Part shown: positions 63,416-64,000 of the stretch, one piece after another
Numbering within the stretch: position 1 is the stretch's first letter
Layout: every line of letters begins with the position of its first letter
Assembly: GCA_963744145.1 (NCBI GenBank)
Contig: CAVUSO010000001.1
Span: forward strand, 3,488,001 to 3,552,000
DNA from: an uncultured cyanobacterium
GTDB lineage: Bacteria > Cyanobacteriota > Cyanobacteriia > Cyanobacteriales > CAWUOF01
Direction of reading: 5' to 3'
Length of the DNA stretch: 64,000 nucleotides
Made by a program: the position numbers and the translations under genes
The notes under the pieces: model-generated
The model's database searches: none
Told to the model about the DNA's origin: nothing
The model's input: the letters and a program-made list of their open reading frames with translations, nothing else

Positions 63416-64000
63416 GATGTTTTTGAAAAAATTGGTGTGATCGATATTGATGATGGACTAAATTTTGGAGTTGCTGTGCGATGCGTTTAAATACTCCTGT
63501 CCAATCTCCCAGCCGATTTTGACGGAATAAACGCATCGTCGGATACCAGGGACTGTCCTCACGTTCCAGCAACCATCTCCAGTCACTTACAAAGGATAAA
63601 ATTACCCAGACTGGTTTTCCCAATGCTCCGGTTAAATGAGCAACAGCAGTATCAACTGTAATCACTAAGTCAAGTTGGGATATAATTGCCGCAGTATCAG
63701 CAAAGTCACCTAAATCTGAGCTTAAATCTTGGATGACTATTTCTGATGGTAACTGAGCTAAATCTAATGCTCTTGGTCCTTTTTGGAGACTGTAAAAACT
63801 AATACCCGATATCTGCAAAAGTTCTTGAAAATCAGTTAATGAACATGAACGACTCCGATCTCTAATATTATTAGGATTACCAGCCCAGACAATCCCGATT
63901 TTGAGCTGATTAGTTGTTGATTGTTCGAGCTGCAAATGGAGTGATTTTGGCGGACTAAGATAGGGAATTGAGCAGGGGATTGTTGCCAAAGTTGTGCCAA
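63405..64000 (-). CDS. GT9-like glycosyltransferase paralogue (5' part outside the window)
   Basis: GIVWAG, DLVITVDTAVAHL, SPWYP; frame open to the window edge; similar to the adjacent gene. Confidence 0.85.
   Translation of the reverse strand, partial: GTTLATIPCSIPYLSPPKSLHLQLEQSTTNQLKIGIVWAGNPNNIRDRSRSCSLTDFQELLQISGISFYSLQKGPRALDLAQLPSEIVIQDLSSDLGDFADTAAIISQLDLVITVDTAVAHLTGALGKPVWVILSFVSDWRWLLEREDSPWYPTMRLFRQNRLGDWTGVFKRIAQQLQNLVHHQYRSHQFFQKHHDQ

Overview
AT-rich cyanobacterial chromosomal segment. The host assignment rests on very frequent HIP1 octamers (GCGATCGC) and cyanobacteria-typical genes (PAM68, HetZ-related protein, DUF2993, DUF1822). Housekeeping blocks (coaBC-like, cobM, ychF, cbiT, cdsA, gdhA, aroF, rpsO, xth, pyrG) alternate with four accessory regions. 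(1) About 4.5-18.5 kb is a defence/TA island: Dam-family methylase, solo Cas4-like nuclease, HTH-DUF4384-like protein, TPR-CHAT protease, an IS200/IS605 element, an MNT-HEPN pair and scrambled partial duplications. (2) 27.8-31.8 kb is a type I secretion/DUF1822/sigma-like locus destroyed by deletions. (3) 34.5-37 kb is a secreted protein plus Tat-exported Dyp peroxidase pair behind Fur-like boxes. (4) 46.0-52.2 kb is a decayed pPIWI-RE (prokaryotic PIWI + helicase + REase-associated) operon, interrupted by an IS607-TnpB element and followed by a Panacea TA pair. The window ends in a TPR-glycosyltransferase cluster. The most unexplained signal is a ~400-nt candidate structured RNA (about 3393-3800) with its own extended -10 promoter and base-paired 5'/3' ends, directly upstream of a 2OG-Fe(II) oxygenase gene. 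All family assignments come from motif recognition by eye; no searches were run.
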